In this document: in pieces, positions 1 through 8,945 of the stretch
Layout: the number at the start of each line of letters is the position of its first letter
How positions within the stretch are numbered: position 1 is the first letter of the stretch
Program-made: the position numbers and the translations under genes
Notes under the pieces: generated by a model
What the model was told of the DNA's origin: nothing
The model's database searches: none
What the model saw: only the letters and a program-made list of their open reading frames with translations
Source of the DNA: Nitrososphaeria archaeon
Lineage (GTDB): Archaea; Thermoproteota; Nitrososphaeria; JACIWG01
NCBI GenBank assembly: GCA_049969935.1
Contig: JBMFNX010000004.1
Span: forward strand, 2,366-66,365
Direction: 5' to 3'
DNA length: 64,000 bases

Positions 1-115
1 ATCTTTAGCTGAATCCCTAAAAAGGAGAGCGAGAGAAGATGTTGAAAAATATTTCAGCTGGTCTGCTATCGCTGAAAAAACTATTGAAGTCTACAAGGAT
101 TCGCTTGTGAGGTAA
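1..115 (+). CDS. Glycosyltransferase family 1 (GT4), C-terminal fragment; gene starts upstream of window
   Basis: Frame 2 reads SLAESLKRRAREDVEKYFSWSAIAEKTIEVYKDSLVR then TAA at 113-115, a typical GT4 C-terminal tail (..FSW..IA..T..VY). Confidence 0.5.
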   Translation, partial: SLAESLKRRAREDVEKYFSWSAIAEKTIEVYKDSLVR

Positions 116-116
116 T

Positions 117-341
117 TTGATGGAACCTTATAGGATTCTTGTAATTTTAAGATATGCTAACGCATTAGATGAAAACAGGGCACTTTCAATGAAAGAAATT
201 GTAGACTATTTGAGATTGGACTATAATATTGTTAAAAAAATTGTTGAAAAACTTTATGGAGAGGAAATGATATTTTTTGATGGAGAAAGAGTTTGGCTTT
301 CTCCTAAAGGATTTCTTTCAGCATTGAAAAGCTATAGTTGA
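117..341 (+). CDS. Small putative winged-helix DNA-binding protein (hypothetical)
   Basis: 74-aa ORF in the gap after the GT gene; helix-rich; weak wHTH-like pattern. Confidence 0.3.
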   Translation: MMEPYRILVILRYANALDENRALSMKEIVDYLRLDYNIVKKIVEKLYGEEMIFFDGERVWLSPKGFLSALKSYS

Positions 342-346
342 TCAAA

Positions 347-1444
347 CTATTCGACACCATATAGTTTCGCATACTCTTTTCTTGCAGCAACAGCTAGAGT
401 GCTGCAGGCCTGCTCTGGAGGAACTGGGTTCACATATATTCCTGAACCAAGTTCGAGGCCAGCATATGTTGTTAATCTAGGATAAACTTCAATATGCCAG
501 TGCAGTAGTTTGGTGGTCTTCTTTTCTGGAGAAATGTGGAAGACCATGTTGAATGGCACATCACCTAATACTGTGCCCAGTGCACCGAACATTATCTTAA
601 GCATTATACCTAAATCCTCTATACGTTCAGAATTTATTTCAGAAAACTTTGTTTCATGCCTTACAGGGTATATCCAGAATTCGTATGGGTTAAAGGACGC
701 CCAAGGAGCTATGGACATAAAATGTTTTGTGGAAAAAATGTGCCTAGGACCACCAGTTTCAGCTCTAATAATACTACAGTGAGCACATCTTTCGAAAAGA
801 GGCTGTTTCTTGTAGGCCATTATTTCGTTTAAAATTATTGGAGGAATGTTTTGGGTGGTTACTATTTGTGCGTGAGGATGCCTTATTGATGCCCCAGCCA
901 CTTTACCATTATTAATGAATATTGAAACATATCCGACACCCTTAACCTTGTTTCCGTACAAGAATTGTGTAATGTCTCTTAAAACTTCAACGAATATAAC
1001 CCACTGCTCTTTTGAGAACGTGATGAACTTATCTTCATGCTTGGGTGTTGGTACTACAACATAGTGGTACCCGTATGCTGGTTCACTTTCAGTCGGATAA
1101 CTTGTGTGCTCAGCGTTAGGTTCTGGAGACACTATTGGAAACTTGTTTGGAAACACTCTAACAGTCCAATTCTTAACCCTTTCCTCATCACTATCCTGCT
1201 TTTTTATAAAAATATTGTTTTCAAGCACAAGCGTGTATATTGAGGGGGGTGTAAGATGCTCGTTACCTGGGCAAAAGTAGCAGACGCCTTCCTTAACTTC
1301 ATCCACTTCCCTTTGAAAGTCTGATGGCCTTTTAGCCCTCGCCGGCTCTATCACAACCCACCTTTCAAGAAAATAGTCTTTTCTAAGTTCACCCAAAATA
1401 GGTTCAGCCTCCAACAATTTCACTGTACACTTTAATCGTCTCAT
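347..1444 (-). CDS. Galactose-1-phosphate uridylyltransferase-like HIT-family nucleotidyltransferase (GalT-like)
   Basis: Motifs RWVVIEPARAKRP, CYFCPGNE, VRVFPNKFP, HPHAQI (HxHxQ); 365 aa; 41-nt overlap with upstream GT gene. Confidence 0.7.
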   Translation of the reverse strand: MRRLKCTVKLLEAEPILGELRKDYFLERWVVIEPARAKRPSDFQREVDEVKEGVCYFCPGNEHLTPPSIYTLVLENNIFIKKQDSDEERVKNWTVRVFPNKFPIVSPEPNAEHTSYPTESEPAYGYHYVVVPTPKHEDKFITFSKEQWVIFVEVLRDITQFLYGNKVKGVGYVSIFINNGKVAGASIRHPHAQIVTTQNIPPIILNEIMAYKKQPLFERCAHCSIIRAETGGPRHIFSTKHFMSIAPWASFNPYEFWIYPVRHETKFSEINSERIEDLGIMLKIMFGALGTVLGDVPFNMVFHISPEKKTTKLLHWHIEVYPRLTTYAGLELGSGIYVNPVPPEQACSTLAVAARKEYAKLYGVE

Positions 1445-2648
1445 CTACAGCATGATCCCATGTGAACCTTTCAAGCACTCTTCTTCTACCATTTCTTCCA
1501 AACTGTCTCGAGCGTTCTAGGTCCTCTAGAAGCACATTTATGCCCCAAGCGATGTCAGATGGATCATATGGGTTAATATGGACACCGCACTGGTTAGGTC
1601 CAGATGGGACAACAATTTCCCTCAGACCAGATACACCTCTAGCTCCTACAACAACAGGCTTTTCCATACTCATCGCCTCAAGTGCGACTATACCAAAAGG
1701 TTCGTAGAGGCTTGGAAATACAGCCATATCGCAGGCGGCATAATGTAATATCCTTTCTTCTTCGTCTATGAACTCGAACCTTGCTTTAACACAATCATTT
1801 AAGCATAGATTAGATATAAGACTCGAGTAGTATGCTTCATTTTCTGAAGTTCCTACAAGCACAAGTTTTGCTTTAGGATACTTTTCTTTGACATGCTTCA
1901 TTGCATAAATCAGTTTATCAACACCTTTTACTGGAACAAGTCTTCCAACAAACAATATCATCTGCTCATCATCTTTTATATCATATCTTCTTCTAATATA
2001 CTGTTTTGCATCGTCACTTACAGTTCTAGGATCATACTTTTTCGGGTCAACACCATTGTATACAACTCTAACCTTTTCTCTTGAAATTTCAAGATTTGCT
2101 AGATCGTCTAGCATGGCATTAGATACTGTTACTATCCTGTCAGCAACCCTTCCACCCATCATCTCCAATTCAACAATCGTCTTAGAACCGTTTCCTAGAC
2201 TTCTACCCTTTTCTGTCGAGTGAAAGTGTGTTACAAGAGGAAGCTTTAGTTCCCTCTTGCTTATTATGCCTCCGATAAAAGATAGCCAATCGTGGGCTAC
2301 TATAAGGTCAAATTCTCTACCATCTAATTTAACAAGCTGATTTATTAGTTTAGTTGCACATAGAATATTACTTGTCATGACGTTGGCGAAAAAATGTATT
2401 CCGCTCCCCCATCTTGTAATATCCTCCCTTACAACAGATGGGAATATGTCTTCAATGTCCACAATCGTGGGCCTATGAACTTCAACACCCTTATACATTT
2501 CATGAGTTTTAAGTTTACCGTCGTTGAAGGTGAAGAGGCTTACATCATTGCCTCTTGCAACAATTCTTGGAGCTATCTCCGAAATGTAGGAGCCCAAGCC
2601 TCCGACAATACGTGGGGGAAATTCCCAGCAGAAGACTGCAAGTTTCAA
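1404..2648 (-). CDS. Glycosyltransferase family 1 (GT4/GT5-like), glycogen/alpha-glucan synthase-like
   Basis: N-terminal EFPPRIVGGLGSY glycine-rich motif, C-terminal E-x7-E-like region (PSLYEPFGIVALEAM); adjacent to GH57. Confidence 0.65.
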   Translation of the reverse strand: MKLAVFCWEFPPRIVGGLGSYISEIAPRIVARGNDVSLFTFNDGKLKTHEMYKGVEVHRPTIVDIEDIFPSVVREDITRWGSGIHFFANVMTSNILCATKLINQLVKLDGREFDLIVAHDWLSFIGGIISKRELKLPLVTHFHSTEKGRSLGNGSKTIVELEMMGGRVADRIVTVSNAMLDDLANLEISREKVRVVYNGVDPKKYDPRTVSDDAKQYIRRRYDIKDDEQMILFVGRLVPVKGVDKLIYAMKHVKEKYPKAKLVLVGTSENEAYYSSLISNLCLNDCVKARFEFIDEEERILHYAACDMAVFPSLYEPFGIVALEAMSMEKPVVVGARGVSGLREIVVPSGPNQCGVHINPYDPSDIAWGINVLLEDLERSRQFGRNGRRRVLERFTWDHAVDETIKVYSEIVGG

Positions 2649-2791
2649 AACTATCCTTTTAGGGTTACTTTTTCCTTTTTATAAAAATTTAGAAAGCATC
2701 AAATTTTTGTTTTGTGTAAAAAAATTTTGACACACCATTATATTATTTTCCAAGTAAACTTTATTAGTGATAGTAGAGCATATGATGTGAA
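2649..2791. promoter_or_regulatory. Divergent AT-rich promoter region with TATA-like boxes (TTTTTATAAAAATTT at 2676-2690; TTTATTAG at about 2760)
   Basis: Palindromic TATA-like element about 35 nt upstream of the minus-strand ATG (2648); a second TATA-like element about 28 nt upstream of the GH57 ATG (2792). Confidence 0.3.
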
Positions 2792-4114
2792 ATGACATAC
2801 ACCGTTTTAGCATTTGAAATACATCAGCCAAGACGCTTGAATAGAATGTTTCCCTACGAGAGAATAAAGAGGATTGCTTTAGGAGAATCGGTTATGGAAA
2901 GATATTTTGATGACAAACTTAATAAGGAAATATTTGAGAGAGTTTCAAAAAAATGCTATAATCCAACTTTTGACATACTACTTGAATTGATAAAAGAAAC
3001 TTCTGGAACAGATAAGCCTTTTAAGGTTACACTAGGAATGAGTGGAATGTTCCTGTATCAGGCAGCCTTGTATGAGCCACAGCTTATAGAAAAATTGAAG
3101 GCGCTTGTTGCTACAGGTAATGTGGAAATTTTGGGGGGAACATATTATCATTCACTGGCATCATTATCGAATCTTGGAATGAACGAGTTCATGCAGCAGG
3201 TTAAGGAGCATAGGGAGCTAATAAAACAGGTCTTCGGATACGAGGTTAAAGTCTTTGAAAACACAGAATATATTTATAATAATGAGATTGCAAAGGTTAT
3301 AGAAGGTTTAGGTTTTAAGGGTATACTTACTGAAGGTGTGCCAAAGATTCTAGAATGGCGTTCACCCACATACATATATTCAGCCATAGGAACAGATAGT
3401 ATAAAATTGCTCTTACGACACTATATATTATCTGACGACATAGGATTCAGGTTCTCATTAAAAACATGGAGTGAGTATCCGCTTACAGCTGAAAAGTATG
3501 CGACATGGCTTTCTCAAACAGGAGGGGACGTGATACTTGTGGCTGTAGACATTGAAACATTTGGAGAACATCATTGGAGTGATACTGGAATATTTGATTT
3601 CCTAAAATATCTGCCTAAAGAGGTTGCTAAAATGGGGAACCTGCAGTGGGCTACACCAACAGAAGTTATAACAAACACACCGTCTTCTGGAGCGATAAGC
3701 GTGCCAGTGGAAAAGACGATATCGTGGGCTGACATAGAAAAGGATGTGAGCGCATGGATAGACAATTCTATGCAACGGATAGCATTCGATAGACTATACA
3801 AGCTTGAACCCTATTTGAGGGAAATAAATGATGCCGGTATGTTCAAAATATGGCGATTTCTACAACAAAGCGACCACTTCTATTACATGTCAACAAAAGG
3901 TGGATCACCTGAAGCAGTGCACAAGTACTTTAGCCCATACAGTTCAGCCGCTGAAGCATATGCAACCTTCGACAGCATATTATCTGACTTTGAAGGAAAG
4001 ATAGGAGCCCTATACTATAGGATAAAGAAAGCTAGAACACCATCAACTCCAACAACCACAACAAGTCAGCCTCAAACAAAATATCCTCCAACATATGGAA
4101 CATATAATAGATGA
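2792..4114 (+). CDS. Glycoside hydrolase family 57 protein (alpha-amylase/alpha-glucanotransferase-like)
   Basis: N-terminal FEIHQPRRL motif typical of GH57; 440 aa; Thr/Pro-rich C-terminal tail. Confidence 0.75.
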   Translation: MTYTVLAFEIHQPRRLNRMFPYERIKRIALGESVMERYFDDKLNKEIFERVSKKCYNPTFDILLELIKETSGTDKPFKVTLGMSGMFLYQAALYEPQLIEKLKALVATGNVEILGGTYYHSLASLSNLGMNEFMQQVKEHRELIKQVFGYEVKVFENTEYIYNNEIAKVIEGLGFKGILTEGVPKILEWRSPTYIYSAIGTDSIKLLLRHYILSDDIGFRFSLKTWSEYPLTAEKYATWLSQTGGDVILVAVDIETFGEHHWSDTGIFDFLKYLPKEVAKMGNLQWATPTEVITNTPSSGAISVPVEKTISWADIEKDVSAWIDNSMQRIAFDRLYKLEPYLREINDAGMFKIWRFLQQSDHFYYMSTKGGSPEAVHKYFSPYSSAAEAYATFDSILSDFEGKIGALYYRIKKARTPSTPTTTTSQPQTKYPPTYGTYNR

Positions 4115-4195
4115 ATATAGTTTAAACAAAATAAAAAATAATTTTTAGCAAAAAAACTTTTAACTTGAAACATTGGAGGATAGAACGTTTGGAAT

Positions 4196-5464
4196 ATGAG
4201 AATACTTTATGTCATATTAGATGGTGCGGCTGACAGACCGATTCCCCAACTCAACTATATAACGACTTTAGAGGCAGCCTACACTCCAAACCTAGACTAT
4301 TTTGCAAGAAAGTCAATTGGAGGACTCGTTTATACAGTTGGAAAGGGTATAGCTCCAGAATCGGATATTGCAGTATATAGTATGCTTGGGTACAAGGTAA
4401 GAGAAGGATATGTTGGTAGAGGGGTTGTTGAAGCACTAGGTTCTGGACTTGAATTCTCTGATGGAAACCTAGCTTTAAGGGGAAACTTTGCTACAGTAAA
4501 AGAGGACATGAGTATAGTTGATAGGAGAGTGGGGAGGTCATTAACTTCTGAGGAAGCCAAAATTTTAGCTGAAGCAATAAATGATAAAATAGAATTATCT
4601 GATAAGAGGAAAAGTGTTACTGTAAAAGCAACTGTAGGCCATAGATGTGTGGTAGTTTTTAGGGCAGAGGATTTAAGATTAAGTGATAATATAACAAACA
4701 CGGATCCCGCATATCTTAAGGTGCATGGGATGGGTGTAGCGATTAAGGGGACGGAGAAGATGAAGGTTGCAAAATGTGAGCCATTGGATCAGACGATAGA
4801 GGCGAAGGTTTCAGCCGAGCTAGTAAACGAGTTTACAGAAAAAGTGTATAATATACTGGTGAACGAGGAAGTAAACCGAAAAAGGAGACGGGAAGGTAAG
4901 CTTGAGGCAAACATTATCCTATTAAGGGATGCTGGAAGCACGTTGCCAAAACTTACACCGTTAGAAGAAAAGTACGGCTTTAAGCCTGCAATAATTGCAG
5001 ATATGCCAGTAGAGATTGGAATAGCAAAAACAATAAAATCTGACGTCTTCACAGTAGGGTCGCCGTCAGCATTTAAAGAAAAGGCTGAGAAGGCAGTCCA
5101 GTTGCTTAAGGACTATGAACTCGTATACGTTCACCTCAAGGGACCTGATGAGCCAGCCCACGATGGAAACTATATTGCTAAAAAGGAAAGTATAGAGGAA
5201 ATTGATAGACAATTTTTTGGAACAATAAAGGAGACTGTGAACTTGAAAGAAACTTTGGTGATAGTGTCATCAGATCACACCACTGCTGTAACATTGAAAG
5301 CTCACACCGATGACCCAGTTCCATTCATCATCTCTTCAGAACTTTTTGGAAGAGACAATATCTGCAGGTTTACAGAAAGAGAGTGTTCAAAAGGCAGATT
5401 TGGAGTAATAGATGAGGGAAGCAAAATCTTATCTCTTACAAAATCACTTATTGAGAAAGTTTGA
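4196..5464 (+). CDS. apgM: 2,3-bisphosphoglycerate-independent phosphoglycerate mutase, archaeal type
   Basis: LDGAADRP N-terminus and VHLKGPDEPAHDG metal-binding motif; 422 aa. Confidence 0.85.
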   Translation: MRILYVILDGAADRPIPQLNYITTLEAAYTPNLDYFARKSIGGLVYTVGKGIAPESDIAVYSMLGYKVREGYVGRGVVEALGSGLEFSDGNLALRGNFATVKEDMSIVDRRVGRSLTSEEAKILAEAINDKIELSDKRKSVTVKATVGHRCVVVFRAEDLRLSDNITNTDPAYLKVHGMGVAIKGTEKMKVAKCEPLDQTIEAKVSAELVNEFTEKVYNILVNEEVNRKRRREGKLEANIILLRDAGSTLPKLTPLEEKYGFKPAIIADMPVEIGIAKTIKSDVFTVGSPSAFKEKAEKAVQLLKDYELVYVHLKGPDEPAHDGNYIAKKESIEEIDRQFFGTIKETVNLKETLVIVSSDHTTAVTLKAHTDDPVPFIISSELFGRDNICRFTERECSKGRFGVIDEGSKILSLTKSLIEKV

Positions 5465-5775
5465 CACTCTCCACGGCTGAAGCCGGGAGATTCTTGCACA
5501 CAGCCACTTCAACGCTTAGGGGCACATTCGTTTCAGCGTTCGCTCCCTCATTGTTCAGCGGCTGCCTGCAATGGGTGTGCCACCGCCCCGTTAACGGCTT
5601 CCGCAGGACTCAGGCCCTGAGCAAGCCCTATATTTTGCTGGAGCCTCGCATCCAATTCAGTCTGGAGCCTTATTCCAGCCTTTGGACATCCGGACCACAT
5701 TCGGGACAACTCGCCCAAAACTTTATCGTTAAACGCATACTTAAACACTTCGACAATTCATCCCAGAGCTAAAGC
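5461..5775 (-). ncRNA. GC-rich structured ncRNA, probably RNase P RNA (SRP RNA less likely); ends approximate
   Basis: About 300-nt GC-rich island in an AT-rich genome with meaningless ORFs on both strands. Minus strand has GUGGUCCGG (P4 5' strand with bulged U) and AAGAAUCUCCCGGCUUCA near the 3' end (CR-V-like, P4 3' strand). Multiple hairpins. Confidence 0.4.
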
Positions 5776-5908
5776 TCTAGGCTTTCTTGTCAAGTTTTTG
5801 TAAGAGGATAGAAGAAGACATTTTAATAAAAATTTAAAATGCTTTTATTAGGCTATACAATTTTTTTAACAAAATTTTTAAGACATCAAATGTCTGTGCC
5901 CATGCTAT

Positions 5909-7462
5909 ATGCGACAACTGGTACACCATGGCGTATATGTTCCAGAATACAGGCCTATTGGATTAAGTGTAAAATATAATGGTAGAAGTATTGAACTTGA
6001 TGCAGAAGCAGAGCAGATGGCTTTAGCTTTTGTTAAAAAATTTAATACCATATACGTCAAAGACAAGGTTTTTGTAGATAATTTTCTTGAAGATTTCTGT
6101 AGAAAGCTTGGAATAGATAAAGTTAACGATTTAAATGAGATAGACTGGAGTGAAGTAGAAGATTATATTGTTAAAGAGAAGAAGTTGAAAGAGAATATGG
6201 GTAAAGAGGAAAGAAGAAGGCTTACAGAAGAACGTAAAAGAATCCGTGAAAAGCTTAAGGAAAGATATGGTTACGCAATAGTTGATGGAAAAAGGATAGA
6301 GCTACAAAATTGGATTGTTGAACCAGCTGGAATTTTCATTTCTAAAGGCAGAAACCCCCTTAGAGGAAGGTGGAAAAAGGCGGTCAACCGAAGCGATATA
6401 ACATTAAATTTGAGTGAGGTGCCAGATGACCTTGATAAGGGATGGAAGAATATTGTTTGGAAAAGCGATTGCATGTGGATAGCCTGCTGGAGAAATCCCT
6501 TAAACGGTAAAATGAAGTATGTTTGGTTTTCACCCAAAAGTAGCCTAAGACAGGAGAGGGAGAGAGAAAAATGGGATAAGGCGATAGAGTTGGAGAAAAA
6601 GATTAAAGAGGTTGAAGCACACGTAAACAGGAACTTGAGATCAAGGGATATTTTGAGAAGGAAGGTTGCGACTGTAGTATACTTGATTAAAGAGACAGGA
6701 ATAAGGGTTGGAGATGAAAGGATTGCTGGAGAAACTGGTACAATAGGATGTACAACATTAAGGGCGGAGAATGTGATAGTGGAAAAGGATACAGTCATCT
6801 TAGATTTTATTGGAAAAGATTACGTGCATTGGCATCGTAAAATAAATTTGCCAAAAAAGGTTTTAAAAAACATTGTTGATTTTATGGAAAAGGCTAAAGA
6901 TAAGCCTATATTTGATGGAGTAGATTCCAGCAGAGTTTCAAAGTTTTTACAAGAAGTTGTTCCACACGTGTCAGCTAAAACGTTTAGAACAATGATAGCT
7001 GGACAAACTTTCAAGAAAGCGCTTAAAGAGACGAGAAAAGATTTTGGAAAAAACGAGTTCGAGAGCCTTATAAGGTTCAAATACATTAATTTGGCTGTAG
7101 CTAAAAGATTAAATCATAAAAGGAAAGTTCCAGAAAAGTTTGAGGAAAGGTTGAAGAAGAAGGAGTTGAAGGTTAAAGATAAGGAGCATAAGATTGAAAA
7201 AATTTTAAAGGAAATTAAGAATGCAAAGGAGAAAAGGAGAAGGTTACTGGAGAAGCGTCTGGAAAAGGCGAGGTTAGAGTATAGGAGGGCTTTGCTGGAA
7301 CTGAAACTTTACAGTGATACAGCTGAATGGAATCTTAATACTTCACTAACATCATACATTGACCCTAGACTAGTTGTTGAGTATGCGAGAAAGAATAGGG
7401 TTCCTATTGAAAGAATATATTCAAAAAGTCTTAGAGAAAAGTTTAGTTGGACAATAAAATAG
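5909..7462 (+). CDS. DNA topoisomerase IB (eukaryotic type)
   Basis: C-terminus TSLTSYIDPRLVVEYARKNRVPIERIYSKSLREKFSWTIK matches the topo I active-site Tyr region (LGTSKLNYLDPR...EKIYNKTQREKFAW). Lys/Glu-rich linker; 517 aa. Confidence 0.85.
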   Translation: MRQLVHHGVYVPEYRPIGLSVKYNGRSIELDAEAEQMALAFVKKFNTIYVKDKVFVDNFLEDFCRKLGIDKVNDLNEIDWSEVEDYIVKEKKLKENMGKEERRRLTEERKRIREKLKERYGYAIVDGKRIELQNWIVEPAGIFISKGRNPLRGRWKKAVNRSDITLNLSEVPDDLDKGWKNIVWKSDCMWIACWRNPLNGKMKYVWFSPKSSLRQEREREKWDKAIELEKKIKEVEAHVNRNLRSRDILRRKVATVVYLIKETGIRVGDERIAGETGTIGCTTLRAENVIVEKDTVILDFIGKDYVHWHRKINLPKKVLKNIVDFMEKAKDKPIFDGVDSSRVSKFLQEVVPHVSAKTFRTMIAGQTFKKALKETRKDFGKNEFESLIRFKYINLAVAKRLNHKRKVPEKFEERLKKKELKVKDKEHKIEKILKEIKNAKEKRRRLLEKRLEKARLEYRRALLELKLYSDTAEWNLNTSLTSYIDPRLVVEYARKNRVPIERIYSKSLREKFSWTIK

Positions 7463-7467
7463 CGTTA

Positions 7468-8583
7468 CTATGAAACAGGTTCATAAACTATGCCCAGCTT
7501 TCTAGCATAAGAATATGCTTCACGCATTTCCTCTGATGAAACACGCCTATAAAGGGACTTATACTTTTGCGGAAACCTTTCAACAAGATAATCTGGATGA
7601 TATTGGGCCATTATGTTTACCAAAACATTCGGAATATTTTCTGAAATCCATTTCAAGACAGGTTTTGTACAACATTCAATGTGTCCAGGTAAGACAAGAT
7701 GTCTTATAATCATGTCACCGTTCTCGTATGCTATCAAATGATTTCTCGAAACTATTTCAAAATAGTTGTCGACCTTAGAAAGCGATTTCGCACAAACATT
7801 ATTACCATACTTAAAGTCTGGAAGCCAAATGTCTATCACCTCAGACAAGAGTTTCATCGATTCAATAGAACAGTACATGTTACTGTTCCACAACTGTGCA
7901 ATATTATATTTCAAAAGCCCCATAGACTCTAATATTTTATGCAAGTTCGGTGTAGGCTCACCCCCAACATAATTTATGTTTGGCGCACCACCATCTTTAA
8001 GCTCCTCACAGATTAGAGACAACATTTTTGGAGAAACTTCAGCACCATTGTTAGGATTAGATGAGATATCCCAGTTTTGGCAATAAACACATGGGCCAAA
8101 ATTGCATCCTGCAAAGAAAATTGTGCCAGAGCCACCACGCCCTATAAGTGGACCCTCTTCACCAAAATGATGGAACCAAGTTGCAACCTTGGGCACATAT
8201 CCTACACCACAAAAGCCTTTAGATCCAGCCTTTCTGTTAACAGAACATCTACGTTCACATAGCACACAATGTTCTATAAGCCTTTCAGCCAATTCTATCT
8301 TAAGGTCCAAAAAGTTTGGTGAAACAGATTTCTCAAAATCTATCTTTTCAGAACCATCAACAATATTCTTATATAACTTTAGAAAGGAGCTTCTAGCCTT
8401 CTCATGCAGAATCCAAAGCTCATCTTCACTTAAACCATTGAAATCTTCAACTTGAACATTTTTACAGATCAAAAATTTTGCAGGACGTTCACCTAACATA
8501 ACACGCCTATACCATGAAAGCCTACGCTTCACTTCCTCATCATACCATACTGTTTCAGCATCAGGCCTAAAAACCCAAATCAT
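7468..8583 (-). CDS. Radical SAM protein, PflX/COG1313-like (pyruvate formate-lyase activase homolog; AmmeMemoRadiSam-type)
   Basis: CVLCERRCSVNRKAGSKGFCG N-terminal Cys motif followed by AGCNFGPCVYCQN (CX4CX2C variant of the SAM cluster motif); about 110-aa N-terminal extension. Confidence 0.55.
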   Translation of the reverse strand: MIWVFRPDAETVWYDEEVKRRLSWYRRVMLGERPAKFLICKNVQVEDFNGLSEDELWILHEKARSSFLKLYKNIVDGSEKIDFEKSVSPNFLDLKIELAERLIEHCVLCERRCSVNRKAGSKGFCGVGYVPKVATWFHHFGEEGPLIGRGGSGTIFFAGCNFGPCVYCQNWDISSNPNNGAEVSPKMLSLICEELKDGGAPNINYVGGEPTPNLHKILESMGLLKYNIAQLWNSNMYCSIESMKLLSEVIDIWLPDFKYGNNVCAKSLSKVDNYFEIVSRNHLIAYENGDMIIRHLVLPGHIECCTKPVLKWISENIPNVLVNIMAQYHPDYLVERFPQKYKSLYRRVSSEEMREAYSYARKLGIVYEPVS

Positions 8584-8738
8584 ACACCAGAAAATTGGTA
8601 GAAGTTATATAAAAATTCTAAGTGCTGATCCAATTTTATCATATAAAATTTTTACCAAAATGCTGTTCACAAAACCAGATTGGCAGTGATTGTCAACCTT
8701 TTTTAAGAAGTTTAAGAAAGGTTTAGTTGGTGTAGAAT

Positions 8739-8939
8739 ATGGTGGAAAGGTGCCCAGAATGTGGGGCCATAATGTCATATGAGATTTCCACTAAAAATTA
8801 TCTTTGCAAATCGTGCGGATTATATGCTACAAAAGAGCAGCTTGAAGAATTGCGTGAAAAAAAGAGGCAGTCTGATGAAAAGGATAAGAAAAAGAGGCAG
8901 CAGAGTGAAATTTTAAGCTGGTGGCTTTCTAAAAAATAG
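8739..8939 (+). CDS. Small zinc-ribbon protein with Lys/Glu-rich tail
   Basis: CPECG-x14-CKSCG four-Cys ribbon at the N-terminus; charged C-terminal tail; 66 aa. Confidence 0.45.
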   Translation: MVERCPECGAIMSYEISTKNYLCKSCGLYATKEQLEELREKKRQSDEKDKKKRQQSEILSWWLSKK

Positions 8940-8945
8940 TGGTAG

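Noticed and set aside
510-782. Small ORFs overlapping annotated genes (e.g. 510-782, 4330-4701, 10126-10542, 14446-14745, 26684-26962, 44233-44778, 58625-58885)
   Set aside because: Lie antisense or out of frame within well-supported conserved genes; hydrophobic/low-complexity translations typical of spurious shadow ORFs
5461-5772. 103-aa (+) and 66-aa (-) ORFs across the GC-rich island
   Set aside because: Both strands open, Ala/Pro/Arg-rich nonsense translations, GC-rich versus genome; region better explained as structured ncRNA
6271-6798. 175-aa antisense ORF inside the topoisomerase IB gene
   Set aside because: Low-complexity translation of the complementary strand of a Lys/Glu-rich coding region; no start context or motif
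8080-8106. Extra Pro in the radical SAM motif as a sequencing error/frameshift
   Set aside because: Frame is continuous and surrounding conserved residues (VYCQN) are intact; treated as a real variant but flagged for verification
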